Shown: piece by piece, positions 39,202 through 48,051 of the stretch
Layout of the letters: the number at the start of each line of letters is the position of its first letter
Position numbering within the stretch: the stretch's first letter is position 1
NCBI GenBank assembly: GCA_965657355.1
Contig: CBFHOE010000010.1
Span: 22,326 to 86,325 of the forward strand
Source: Limisphaerales bacterium
GTDB taxonomy: Bacteria; Verrucomicrobiota; Verrucomicrobiia; Limisphaerales; JAJOIW01
Direction: 5' to 3'
DNA: 64,000 bases
Made by a program: the position numbers and the translations under genes
Notes under the pieces: generated by a model
Databases searched by the model: none
What the model saw: the letters and a program-made list of their open reading frames with translations, nothing else
What the model was told of the DNA's origin: nothing

Positions 39202-39939
39202 TTAAAATGTATATGAGACTCCAGTAATAAGCCTGAGGTCATTACTATTTCGACCCAAAGCAGGCTGGTTATCATAATTATCTTGAATAACAGCTCTCAA
39301 AGAAAGGTTATCTGTAATTTTAGACTCGATACCGACCTCCATCAGCAATAGAAAATTTTCAAAATCGTCGATTTGAGGTAAAAATTCTGCTGATTGCCAA
39401 AAGTTTGCCCTTTCGTTTATTTTCCGAGTATAATTTTCAGCAATTCGTATGCTCGCATAGTTATCCGTGACACCACCTTGTTCCTCGTAAACATAATTTC
39501 CACCAGCCTGAATAGTCAGTGTTGCGTCATCATTTTTAAGAAAATAGTAACCAACACCAGGACCAAGAATGAGTCGGATATTAACATCCGCAATATCGTC
39601 GTGAAGTGCATCTAAACGGACATATCCAAATAGCCTATCATTGACGAGCCTATTATATTGCCCAAATCCCCTTAGAAACTGAGTATTAATACTACCACCG
39701 TCTTCACCATAGGTAGCTGTTCCACCAAGGCTTACTTCATTTTTGGAGCCCTTGCGATCAGCCTGAAAATTAGCAGTGGCCAACAATGTTTCGCTGTTAC
39801 CCCGGGTTAAGGTTAGGCCAAAAGAAGCCGTTTTATCCCATTTAATTTTTTGCTCTTCTTGAGCAAATATACCTGTAGAAATAAATCCTAGAATAATGAA
39901 AGCTATGAATATTTTTTTCATAAATGTCTGGTTTAACAT
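39202..39939 (-). CDS. DUF481 (YdiY-like) outer-membrane beta-barrel protein
   Basis: 245 aa. WDKTASFGLTLTRGNSETLL.., alternating beta-strand pattern, and a C-terminal aromatic residue (..GVSYTF). An alternative ATG at 39921 (MKKIFIAF...) gives a more canonical signal peptide. Confidence 0.8.
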   Translation of the reverse strand: MLNQTFMKKIFIAFIILGFISTGIFAQEEQKIKWDKTASFGLTLTRGNSETLLATANFQADRKGSKNEVSLGGTATYGEDGGSINTQFLRGFGQYNRLVNDRLFGYVRLDALHDDIADVNIRLILGPGVGYYFLKNDDATLTIQAGGNYVYEEQGGVTDNYASIRIAENYTRKINERANFWQSAEFLPQIDDFENFLLLMEVGIESKITDNLSLRAVIQDNYDNQPALGRNSNDLRLITGVSYTF

Positions 39940-40081
39940 GATATTTACTGCGTAAGCAGCTATTTCACTCCATAACCTTTGTCCTAATAAATAAAAATAG
40001 GTTTACTGGATGGTGACGGAATAATGTAAAATATTATTTCTAAATCCCCAGGGGGCAAGAGAATTTGGTTGTTATGGGGAA

Positions 40082-41671
40082 TCAATATTGATAGGTCGGT
40101 TCGACCTCCGTTGTCGGCCGGGGGAATTGGTCACTACTCATTCTTACAGTAAACCTCACGTCGCCTTTGCTCAAGGCCTTCACAGAGACTTTCCAACTCA
40201 CGCTTTTTTTCGGATCGATCCTTACAAGGGGTTGCATGATGATTTCCTGGTAAGTTATACCGTTAATCTGTTTTTTTTCGCCGAGTTTGGCTGCGCTTTC
40301 TCCAAAAGTAGAAACATATTCTTGGGTTTCCTCCAATTCACAAACAACAATAACGTTTGAAGCAGTGGAAGTACCTTGGTTAGTCACTGTGATTTCGTAA
40401 ATGAATTCTTCATTCACAGGCACAGGATCTTTTAAATCCTTAACCTCAAGGGCAATTGCAGGGATTCCGGTAAATTTAACGGAAGATGAAGAGGATTCGG
40501 CGATACCCCCGGGGATACTAATACTGCTCTTAAATTGATATTCCCCAGGAACATCAGACTTCACGTTAATTGAAAGATCAGTGGAGTCCCCAGACGGCAA
40601 ATTAACAAGATCCCACTGAATGTTTGAGCCAACTTTTCTTCCTCCATTGTTGATCGCCAGGATGGTTATGTCATTGGGGATACCAAGTTGAACGGTAGCA
40701 TTTCTGGCAGGAGCATTGCCGGTATTGAAAACAACTAAATTTACGAGAACCTCTTTGCCGATAAACCTTTGAGAAGGAGATTCAGATCTGATTTGAAGTC
40801 GAGGGGCTCTGACTTCAGTGATCATTTGAGCATTACTTGCCGCTCCCTGTTCGGAAATGGCTTTAAGGTCCAGTTGATAAATCCCGGCGGCTTGAGGCAG
40901 CAGTTCGAACGAGAACTTCATTTCAGCCCCGGGAGAAAGGAAGTTTTGTTTGAATTCTATCTTTTTTTCTCCTGAGAGACTTTTAAGATTTTCCGGAACG
41001 AGACCAGAGACGAAAAGTCCTGAAAGGCTGCTGGATCCTGTATTTTTGACTTTGACTTCATATCGAATTGGCTGGGTGTGAATACTGACCTGAGGAGCAA
41101 CAACTGATAGCTCTAGATCTGCTCGGGTTGCTTTAATTGTATCAAACATGACAGTTTGAAAAGTTGCCCAACCCCTTGTCGTGATCTCCCCTTCGGTGAC
41201 GGCTTTACCTTTTATTTGAATGACTTTTGATTCCCTCGGCCCCAGGTTTCCAATTTTCCAGGTGGAAACGGATAGATCAGAAATTATGGGCTTTATTGGA
41301 GATGAAACAGTAACTTCAAAGTTACTGGAAGTCTTGTCATGGATCGCGACATTAATTAAATGATGGGGTGTCAAATTTTGCACTCGATATTCATAGGTGA
41401 ATTCAGAATTAAGAGTGACTTCCTGTGGAAGTATTTTTTCAAGAAGCAACCCACTGCTTTCCACTTTTCCCGTTGGAATGGGAACAGAATTCCGGACAAA
41501 AGTTACGCCATCGCGGACTATTGTTTCTGTAGTAACAATGGGATCCATTGCTGGACTAATGATTGGATTTCGAACCTCTACTTGCCCACTGCCTGATATC
41601 GCAAATAATAACAAGAAATGAAAAAGAAGAGTTCGAATACAGATATACCCAATTTTATTGTATCGTCTCAT
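40082..41671 (-). CDS. Periplasmic/surface protein built of ~4 DUF11 (conserved repeat domain) repeats; OmcB-like architecture
   Basis: 529 aa with ATG start and a signal peptide. Repeats of the type L-x-V-x-x-P...Y-x-[IV]-x-V-x-N-x-G-x-x-x-A-x-N-V, e.g. IRYEVKVKNTGSSSLSGL, LVNLVVFNTGNAPARNATV, FIYEITVTNQGTSTASNVIV. Confidence 0.8.
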   Translation of the reverse strand: MRRYNKIGYICIRTLLFHFLLLFAISGSGQVEVRNPIISPAMDPIVTTETIVRDGVTFVRNSVPIPTGKVESSGLLLEKILPQEVTLNSEFTYEYRVQNLTPHHLINVAIHDKTSSNFEVTVSSPIKPIISDLSVSTWKIGNLGPRESKVIQIKGKAVTEGEITTRGWATFQTVMFDTIKATRADLELSVVAPQVSIHTQPIRYEVKVKNTGSSSLSGLFVSGLVPENLKSLSGEKKIEFKQNFLSPGAEMKFSFELLPQAAGIYQLDLKAISEQGAASNAQMITEVRAPRLQIRSESPSQRFIGKEVLVNLVVFNTGNAPARNATVQLGIPNDITILAINNGGRKVGSNIQWDLVNLPSGDSTDLSINVKSDVPGEYQFKSSISIPGGIAESSSSSVKFTGIPAIALEVKDLKDPVPVNEEFIYEITVTNQGTSTASNVIVVCELEETQEYVSTFGESAAKLGEKKQINGITYQEIIMQPLVRIDPKKSVSWKVSVKALSKGDVRFTVRMSSDQFPRPTTEVEPTYQY

Positions 41672-41853
41672 ATACGCGTATTTGATATGCCTGTTGCAGT
41701 CTTTGGGAGTAGGATTAATTTTAATTCGGTATGACTCGAATCAAATTGTGTCGAATACAATGGAACCAATGACCTCACACTTCAGTATAGTCAAGGCCAC
41801 CTGGTAGAAACAATATTAACTTATCTTTAGTTAGAGAGTTATAAATTTAAAAA

Positions 41854-44064
41854 TTATTGTAACTCTGCCTCAGGGTCTTTGGAGGGATCGTTTAGAGATA
41901 TACCTAAAACAACAGCTCCCTGCTTAGGACGATTACCATCAAGGTTGTCGATTTTCCGAGATTTTGAAGAAATAAAAATTTCCTCAACGGGCAAGCCTTT
42001 TAGTGTTAAAAGAGATTTAATTCTTTTGGCGCGCTCCAGACCCAGTTCATCACCAAATTTGACATATTCCTCAAGCGTGACATACCCGGTTAATTCGATA
42101 CGTGATTCTATTCCTATGTCACGAGCCATTTGCAGAACTTCAACAATCTCTGAAAATACTTCATCAACCATAGAGCTTTCACCGGATAACAATAGGGTTT
42201 TATCCGTCTCAAATTGAATGCGCTTATTGTTAATTGAGAGAATTTTGGCATTTATGATTTCGACTGAAGAAGTCCTCAAGGATTGCGTTAATATTTTTGG
42301 CAGCTCAGGTTTTAGACCATCCATGGAAACTTCATGGACCCCAGCAATAGATGAAGCAAAAAGTCTCGCTTTTTCAATCCAGTCTTTAGAGGCAGTGCCA
42401 GATAGTATTAATCTTTTACCAAAGACAGTTAGTGAAACATTTGGCGTCGGATTCAAAAAGGAGCGCACCCTACGAAAAACCATCTCTGAGTCATTGGAAT
42501 CAAATGGAAACATCTGGAGATTGAGACGATCGGATTCAGGATACTCAGAAATCACCTCGTTTGGATTTCGGGCAAAGGGATCTTTTAATAGCTGAATGTC
42601 CTTATTTTTTGCGTGAACAACCTGGATTCCAGGCTCATTATTTAAAGCGTCAATCATACGACTAACAGCTTCTTGGAATTGAGCTTGCTTCGAATTTACA
42701 AAATAAGATTGAATGAAAAACAAAAAAACCATGCATACTATCGCAGCGCTACCAATTAATGATGGTTTCCGGTTTTTACTTCTTTTGCTTTGGACCCAAT
42801 CAGTCATTTTGATTTCCAGTGATTCATAAGAATCAGAAATCTTCGGACTAGCAGAATGCGATAGAAATATTTCGGGAAAATCATTATCTATTGATTGAAC
42901 AAATTTTTTGAAATCTTCGACCTCGGAAGATTTGATTGAATCCGCATAATGCCCAATAGCACCACAACTACCGACTTTACAGACTAATGAAGTCTGGCCG
43001 GTATCTGAAATTTTTGAAGTGAGGTAATGTTCGCCTTCATTTGGGTTTTCGTCATTATTTTCAAGTTCAGACCAAATGATTTGAGCTGTTCCTTCAACTT
43101 CTTTCTCCCATTTGTGTGCCGGCATTTTATGGAAGTTCTCATTGGAAAAGTCGGTAGTTACATGACAGATAGGTTGATTCAGACCACAATGGTAAACCTT
43201 GATTCCCGTTGGATCATTTTCTACAGGGGGCAAAATGATTTTTTGAATCTCCTGTTTTTTTCGGATGGCTTGAATTCTTTTTTTCCAAATTTCAGAATCA
43301 AAGATCGAATGTATATACCTGGTAGTATTTATGAAAAGATTTGAGATGACATTCCAAAAAATATTTTCATCTTGAGTAGAAAGGACTGATTTTTTAGGCA
43401 TCCAAATTGTTTCAGGTAAAACTTCCTGCCTCGTCCCCGGCTCAGAGGCCTTATCTGAAATGACTTCATCTGCTTTTTCAATGGCTTCATCCCTCTCGTG
43501 CTGGCGGCCCAAAATTACAGGTTCTTCACTTTCACTTTTAATCGGATTGGGAAGTTCTGACTCTGTGGCGACCTCCCCAGCACCCTTTTGTTCTGAATTG
43601 TCTGTCCCTGTTTGGGCGGTGCTATGAGAAGTATTTTCCTCGAGGTTTTTGTCATTACTCACGAGATTTTCTTGTTCTTCATTTTCAAAATTTTCTGACT
43701 GCATGACATCCTTATCTCTTTTGATGTGTTCACCCACTAAACCCTCATTGGTAGAAGGCTCAGACTCGTTGCTCTCAATTTCTGCCTTCATCCCATCAGC
43801 CGGAAGAGGATCAGAAAAATCGGGCACAGGCTCGACTTGCTTTTGACTTTCCGAGTCAAAGTACGAAGATGCCACAGGGCTTTTAGATTGCCCACTTTCC
43901 TTTCCTTCCATCTCTGCGATTTCGGATGAACTCAGAATTGGTTCAGGATCTGCCTGATAGGCTTCAAATTCCTTAATCAAATCGTTAAGCGCAGCATTGA
44001 TATCTTTATCTGCGACAGGTTCATCAGCAGAGACATCTTCTTTACCCTCAAAATTACTCTGCAT
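41854..44064 (-). CDS. Bitopic membrane protein: acidic cytoplasmic N-region, one TM helix, BON-like and degenerate OmpA/MotB-like C-terminal domains
   Basis: 736 aa. E/D/S-rich first ~200 aa. TM helix LIGSAAIVCMVFLFFIQSYFV. BON-like segment LTVFGKRLILSGTASKDWIEKARLFASSIAGVHEVSMDG. OmpA-like segment IQFETDKTLL...IELTGYV...GLERAKRIKSLLTLKGLPVEEI. Confidence 0.65.
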   Translation of the reverse strand: MQSNFEGKEDVSADEPVADKDINAALNDLIKEFEAYQADPEPILSSSEIAEMEGKESGQSKSPVASSYFDSESQKQVEPVPDFSDPLPADGMKAEIESNESEPSTNEGLVGEHIKRDKDVMQSENFENEEQENLVSNDKNLEENTSHSTAQTGTDNSEQKGAGEVATESELPNPIKSESEEPVILGRQHERDEAIEKADEVISDKASEPGTRQEVLPETIWMPKKSVLSTQDENIFWNVISNLFINTTRYIHSIFDSEIWKKRIQAIRKKQEIQKIILPPVENDPTGIKVYHCGLNQPICHVTTDFSNENFHKMPAHKWEKEVEGTAQIIWSELENNDENPNEGEHYLTSKISDTGQTSLVCKVGSCGAIGHYADSIKSSEVEDFKKFVQSIDNDFPEIFLSHSASPKISDSYESLEIKMTDWVQSKRSKNRKPSLIGSAAIVCMVFLFFIQSYFVNSKQAQFQEAVSRMIDALNNEPGIQVVHAKNKDIQLLKDPFARNPNEVISEYPESDRLNLQMFPFDSNDSEMVFRRVRSFLNPTPNVSLTVFGKRLILSGTASKDWIEKARLFASSIAGVHEVSMDGLKPELPKILTQSLRTSSVEIINAKILSINNKRIQFETDKTLLLSGESSMVDEVFSEIVEVLQMARDIGIESRIELTGYVTLEEYVKFGDELGLERAKRIKSLLTLKGLPVEEIFISSKSRKIDNLDGNRPKQGAVVLGISLNDPSKDPEAELQ

Positions 44065-44333
44065 TGGAGTTTTATCTCCGGATCAATTATATCGGCTTAA
44101 TTGGCCATTTGATTTACCAATGGTTTAGAAAGCCGCGTCCAAGACTAAACCCGGAATATCATTTAAAAATAGGCATATGAGATCCAATCAACCCCCAAAA
44201 AAGCAATAATTTCTGGGCCAAAGTATGATTTGGATTTAAAAAAACTCAATTTTATCCTCCACTTTTAAATCGATATGGATTTGCTAACAAATCAGCTTGA
44301 AGCCAAAGTCATTTAAGGTTTTCCTATACTTAA

Positions 44334-45521
44334 TTGTTCTGTTGTCCCTATTTGGTGGTGAGAAATAAAAATTCAAGTTCATCTCTTGGAGTGAAATCTG
44401 CTGAGAAATGTCAGATTGAGATCTCTGGGGATGGTTCAATCAGAGTCACCCTCCCTTGTTCTCTTGATTTTAACTCTGTCGGCGAGAGTTGGTCTGAAGT
44501 TGTAAAAACAATCAAAAAATCGAAAAATAACACTCCAATAATTGTTGATGGAAGCCAATTAACATTTTGCGACTCCGCAGGCGTGCGATTTCTTGCTGAA
44601 ATCAAATCCATTACAACTACCTCTGGAGTGGAGTTACAAATAGCTGATCTTCCAGAAACAACTGTAATTAAAATCAGGGAATTCGATCGATTCAAAGCAC
44701 AAGATTGGAGATCAAGAGGCGACAAAGCGGGTAATATATTCAAAGCTACAGGGAAAGGCATTGTCAGCATCCTCAAAGATTTGGCCACTCAGATCGAATT
44801 TCTCGGTGAATTACTGGTCCAAACCGTCGTCTACCTCTCAAAACCGACAAAAATTCCCTGGCGCGATATTATATCTATCTCAGAAAAAGTTGGAGCTCGG
44901 GCTATTGGGCTTGTCTCCCTCATAAGTTTTCTGATTGGTCTTATCATGGCTTTTCAGTCTGCGATTCCAATGAAGAAATTTGGAGCCGAGCTCTTTGTTG
45001 CAGACCTGGTCGGTATCTCATTAGTGAGGGAATTAGCTCCTTTAATGACGGCACTATTAATCGCGGGTCGAAGCGGAGCTGCCTTTGCTGCGGAAATCGG
45101 GACAATGAAAGTCAATGAGGAGATTGATGCCCTGACCACAATGGGATTAAAACCCGTCCGTTATCTCGTTGTCAGCAGAGTCATTGCAACGATACTCATG
45201 ACACCTATTCTGACGTCTTACGCCGTCTTCATGGGGCTTGCTGGTGGAGGATTAGTTTTTTGCTCGTTTGGTTTTCCATTGGTCACTTTTTTCAATCAAT
45301 TGGACTTAGCGGTAAAAGTTATGGATTTTGTTGGTGGGACAGCGAAATCCTTTGTATTTGGATTTATCGTGGCAGCCATCGGGTGTTTAAGAGGTATACA
45401 GGCTAAAAGTGGGGCAAGTGCTGTCGGGCGCTCTACAACTTCAGCCGTTGTTACGGGAATTATTCTCATTGTCGTGGCAGATGGAGTATTCTCAGTAATT
45501 TATTATTTCTTAGGAATCTAA
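44334..45521 (+). CDS. mlaE: MlaE-type ABC transporter permease with N-terminal STAS (MlaB-like) domain
   Basis: The permease core has the MlaE signature LVRELAPLMTALLIAGRSGAAFAAEIGTMKVNEEIDALTTMG. The first ~110 aa look STAS-like (IEISGDGSIRVTLPCSLDFNSV...IIVDGSQLTFCDSAGVRFL). The start is uncertain: TTG at 44334, with in-frame GTGs at 44355/44358/44388. Confidence 0.8.
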   Translation: MFCCPYLVVRNKNSSSSLGVKSAEKCQIEISGDGSIRVTLPCSLDFNSVGESWSEVVKTIKKSKNNTPIIVDGSQLTFCDSAGVRFLAEIKSITTTSGVELQIADLPETTVIKIREFDRFKAQDWRSRGDKAGNIFKATGKGIVSILKDLATQIEFLGELLVQTVVYLSKPTKIPWRDIISISEKVGARAIGLVSLISFLIGLIMAFQSAIPMKKFGAELFVADLVGISLVRELAPLMTALLIAGRSGAAFAAEIGTMKVNEEIDALTTMGLKPVRYLVVSRVIATILMTPILTSYAVFMGLAGGGLVFCSFGFPLVTFFNQLDLAVKVMDFVGGTAKSFVFGFIVAAIGCLRGIQAKSGASAVGRSTTSAVVTGIILIVVADGVFSVIYYFLGI

Positions 45522-45527
45522 TACCTT

Positions 45528-46310
45528 ATGGCAGAAAAAATGATAAATGAACAAGAGCCTGCTATTTCTGTCCGAGAATTCAAAACGGGTTACGATGACT
45601 CCGTCCTTTTGGAGAAAATAAATTTCGATGTATTAAGAAAAGAAGTGTTTGTCATTTTAGGAGGATCGGGATGCGGAAAAAGCACCCTATTAAAACACCT
45701 CATTGGCCTGCATAAACCCTGGGAAGGTTCCATAAAAATTTTAGGTAATGAATTAACGCATTCAAAAGAAGGCGAAATGAATTCAATACGCCGACAATTC
45801 GGAGTCATGTATCAAAGCGGGGCTTTATTTGGGTCAATGACACTTTTGCAAAATGTCAGCCTTCCCATTAAAGAATGGACGAAACTTCCAGACTCAGCAG
45901 TGAAAGACATCGCATTATGGCGGTTGAGTCAGGTAGGGCTCGGTAATTTCAGTGACTTCGTACCATCAGAAATAAGCGGAGGGATGCGCAAAAGAGCTGC
46001 TATAGCTCGCGCCATGGCCATGGACCCTCAAATCCTCTTTCTTGATGAACCCGGTGCGGGGCTCGACCCAATCACGTCAGCAGATTTGGATCAGCTTATT
46101 TTAAAGCTAAGAGATGAGCTAGGTATGACATTTGTCGTGGTCACACACGAATTGGAAAGTGTTTTTAATATCGCATCTACCTGCATCATGTTGGATAAAG
46201 AGACAAAAGGCATCATTGGAATGGGCCAGCCAAGCCAACTTAGAGATGAATGCGAAAACCCAAAAGTCAGGCAATTTTTCAGCAGAACGCCAACAACGGA
46301 TAATTCATAA
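45528..46310 (+). CDS. mlaF: MlaF-type ABC transporter ATP-binding protein
   Basis: Walker A GGSGCGKST, signature ISGGMRKRAAIARA, Walker B ILFLDEPGAGLDP. Confidence 0.92.
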   Translation: MAEKMINEQEPAISVREFKTGYDDSVLLEKINFDVLRKEVFVILGGSGCGKSTLLKHLIGLHKPWEGSIKILGNELTHSKEGEMNSIRRQFGVMYQSGALFGSMTLLQNVSLPIKEWTKLPDSAVKDIALWRLSQVGLGNFSDFVPSEISGGMRKRAAIARAMAMDPQILFLDEPGAGLDPITSADLDQLILKLRDELGMTFVVVTHELESVFNIASTCIMLDKETKGIIGMGQPSQLRDECENPKVRQFFSRTPTTDNS

Positions 46311-46313
46311 CTT

Positions 46314-47306
46314 ATGAATCATAGGACGCCTTATTTAACAATTGGAATATTCACGCTAGTCGGAATAGTGCTTTTAGTCGTTGGCATCTTAATGTTTGGA
46401 GCTGGCCGGGTATTGGAGCAAAGAATTATAATGGAGACCTATATTGATGAATCCGTTCAGGGATTGGATGAAGGGTCAGCAGTCAAACTTCGAGGTGTAA
46501 AAGTTGGCAATGTTCAAGAAATCAATTTCACAAGGAATTTTTATGAACTGAACTTACCGTATGAAAAAAGACGAAACTACGTTTTAGTCAAATTCGAGCT
46601 TCAACCAAAGGCGATTGGTATTGACGACACTTCAAAGCTTCAACTTGCCTTAAAAAAATTAACTCAAGGCGGCCTTAGAGTAAGGCTTGCTTCAGCAAAC
46701 CTTACCGGGGTCGCCTATCTGGAATTAGATTCTTCAGAAAAATACAAGGAAGACAAATTGGATTATGATTGGAACCCAATCAACCCGTATGTACCGTCAA
46801 CTTCGAGCTCGATTTCAAGATTATTGGCTGCTGTGGAGAGTGTTTTTGAAAAGCTCGAATCTATCGATATAACCACGGTCATTTCAAATTTAGAAAAAAC
46901 CTTGAGCACACTGGAAAACAAAATATCAAATATAGATACGGCTGCAATCAGCGACGGAACTGAAAAACTTCTGACTGAATTGAGAGGGACAAACAAGCAA
47001 TTCCAAGGATTGATGGAAGACCTCGACGCACAAAAGCTATCGAACCAAGCTTCCCAAACCCTTATTTCCATACAAAATAAAATAAACGCCCTGGACCTAG
47101 ATCAAGTCATTGAATCTCTCGAACATTCCATGACCCAAATCGATTCTATCACCGGAGTGGTCGCAGGAAATAGAAAATCACTGAGTGCGACACTTCAAAA
47201 TTTTGAGCTCATATCAAATGCCATCAGAGAACTCAGTGTGGAGATAAAAAATAATCCATCAGGAATTATACTCGGCTCACCACCTGAAAAAATACTTCGA
47301 AGATAA
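46314..47306 (+). CDS. mlaD: MlaD/MCE-domain substrate-binding protein with long coiled-coil C-terminus
   Basis: N-terminal TM helix, an MCE domain (GSAVKLRGVKVGNVQEI), and a helical C-terminal ~150 aa. Confidence 0.85.
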   Translation: MNHRTPYLTIGIFTLVGIVLLVVGILMFGAGRVLEQRIIMETYIDESVQGLDEGSAVKLRGVKVGNVQEINFTRNFYELNLPYEKRRNYVLVKFELQPKAIGIDDTSKLQLALKKLTQGGLRVRLASANLTGVAYLELDSSEKYKEDKLDYDWNPINPYVPSTSSSISRLLAAVESVFEKLESIDITTVISNLEKTLSTLENKISNIDTAAISDGTEKLLTELRGTNKQFQGLMEDLDAQKLSNQASQTLISIQNKINALDLDQVIESLEHSMTQIDSITGVVAGNRKSLSATLQNFELISNAIRELSVEIKNNPSGIILGSPPEKILRR

Positions 47307-47345
47307 AATATTTCACACCGACCCACAGGGAACAAAAAATCCAAT

Positions 47346-48038
47346 ATGAACCATTTCAAGCAAAAGTTTTTTTTTAGTTCGCACCTATTAAATGAAGCGA
47401 ATGGCTGGAAGTTATTAGGCAACTTTTTGATACTTGCAGGGTTATTTTCATTTTCAGGTTGTTCCTTTCTCAAAACCAGAGATCTTCCGAAAGCATATAA
47501 AATATCAGTATCGAGGGAAACGACCGAAAAAACTCAAAAAGGGGAGTTCGACAGCATTGTTATCGAGGTATTACCGTTCTCGTCAAATAAGCCCTTTGAT
47601 TCCACGCTGATTCAAATATTGGGTGATAATAAAGTTTGGAAAGAAGATTACTACAATCAGATATTCATCAGTCCGGATATTTTAATCAGTCAAGATTTAA
47701 GAAAATGGCTATCCGATACGGAAGCTTTTAAAAATGTTTCCTTACCCATCACACGCGAAGATACCAACGTAGTAATCCATGGGAACGTGGAGAAGTTTTT
47801 TATAAATGCATCAAACCCTAAATCTCCTGCGTCCACAGTTTCATTAAAATTCTCTGTGACTTGGAATGACGACACCAAAATTGAAAATGAGGTGACCCAA
47901 TCATTCAAGTACGAAAGTGAAATACCAATTCCTGGATTAAAGACGGAATACGTCATCGAGGGACTGGAAATAGCATTGGAAGAGGTTTTCAGGTTGTTTG
48001 AACAAGACCTTTATTCCTTTTTATCTGGTGTAATGTAG
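47346..48038 (+). CDS. Putative lipoprotein, ABC-transport auxiliary component of the Mla/Mce-type operon
   Basis: 230 aa. Lipobox-like LFSFSGC after a hydrophobic stretch. Position directly after the MCE gene is typical for the auxiliary lipoprotein. Family assignment is tentative. Confidence 0.55.
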   Translation: MNHFKQKFFFSSHLLNEANGWKLLGNFLILAGLFSFSGCSFLKTRDLPKAYKISVSRETTEKTQKGEFDSIVIEVLPFSSNKPFDSTLIQILGDNKVWKEDYYNQIFISPDILISQDLRKWLSDTEAFKNVSLPITREDTNVVIHGNVEKFFINASNPKSPASTVSLKFSVTWNDDTKIENEVTQSFKYESEIPIPGLKTEYVIEGLEIALEEVFRLFEQDLYSFLSGVM

Positions 48039-48051
48039 TTCTGCGGGCGGG

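Noticed and set aside
40098-40110. A GGTTCGACCTCC string resembles a tRNA T-arm.
   Set aside because: The flanks cannot form an acceptor stem or cloverleaf, and the string lies inside the 3' end of the DUF11 CDS. No tRNA, rRNA, tmRNA, RNase P or SRP RNA signature was found anywhere by eye.
47367-47375. A T9 homopolymer in codons 8-10 of the Mla-associated lipoprotein gene could be a phase-variation tract.
   Set aside because: In ~58 percent AT sequence of this length, one or two 9-mers of T/A are expected by chance on the two strands. There is no supporting evidence of variability.
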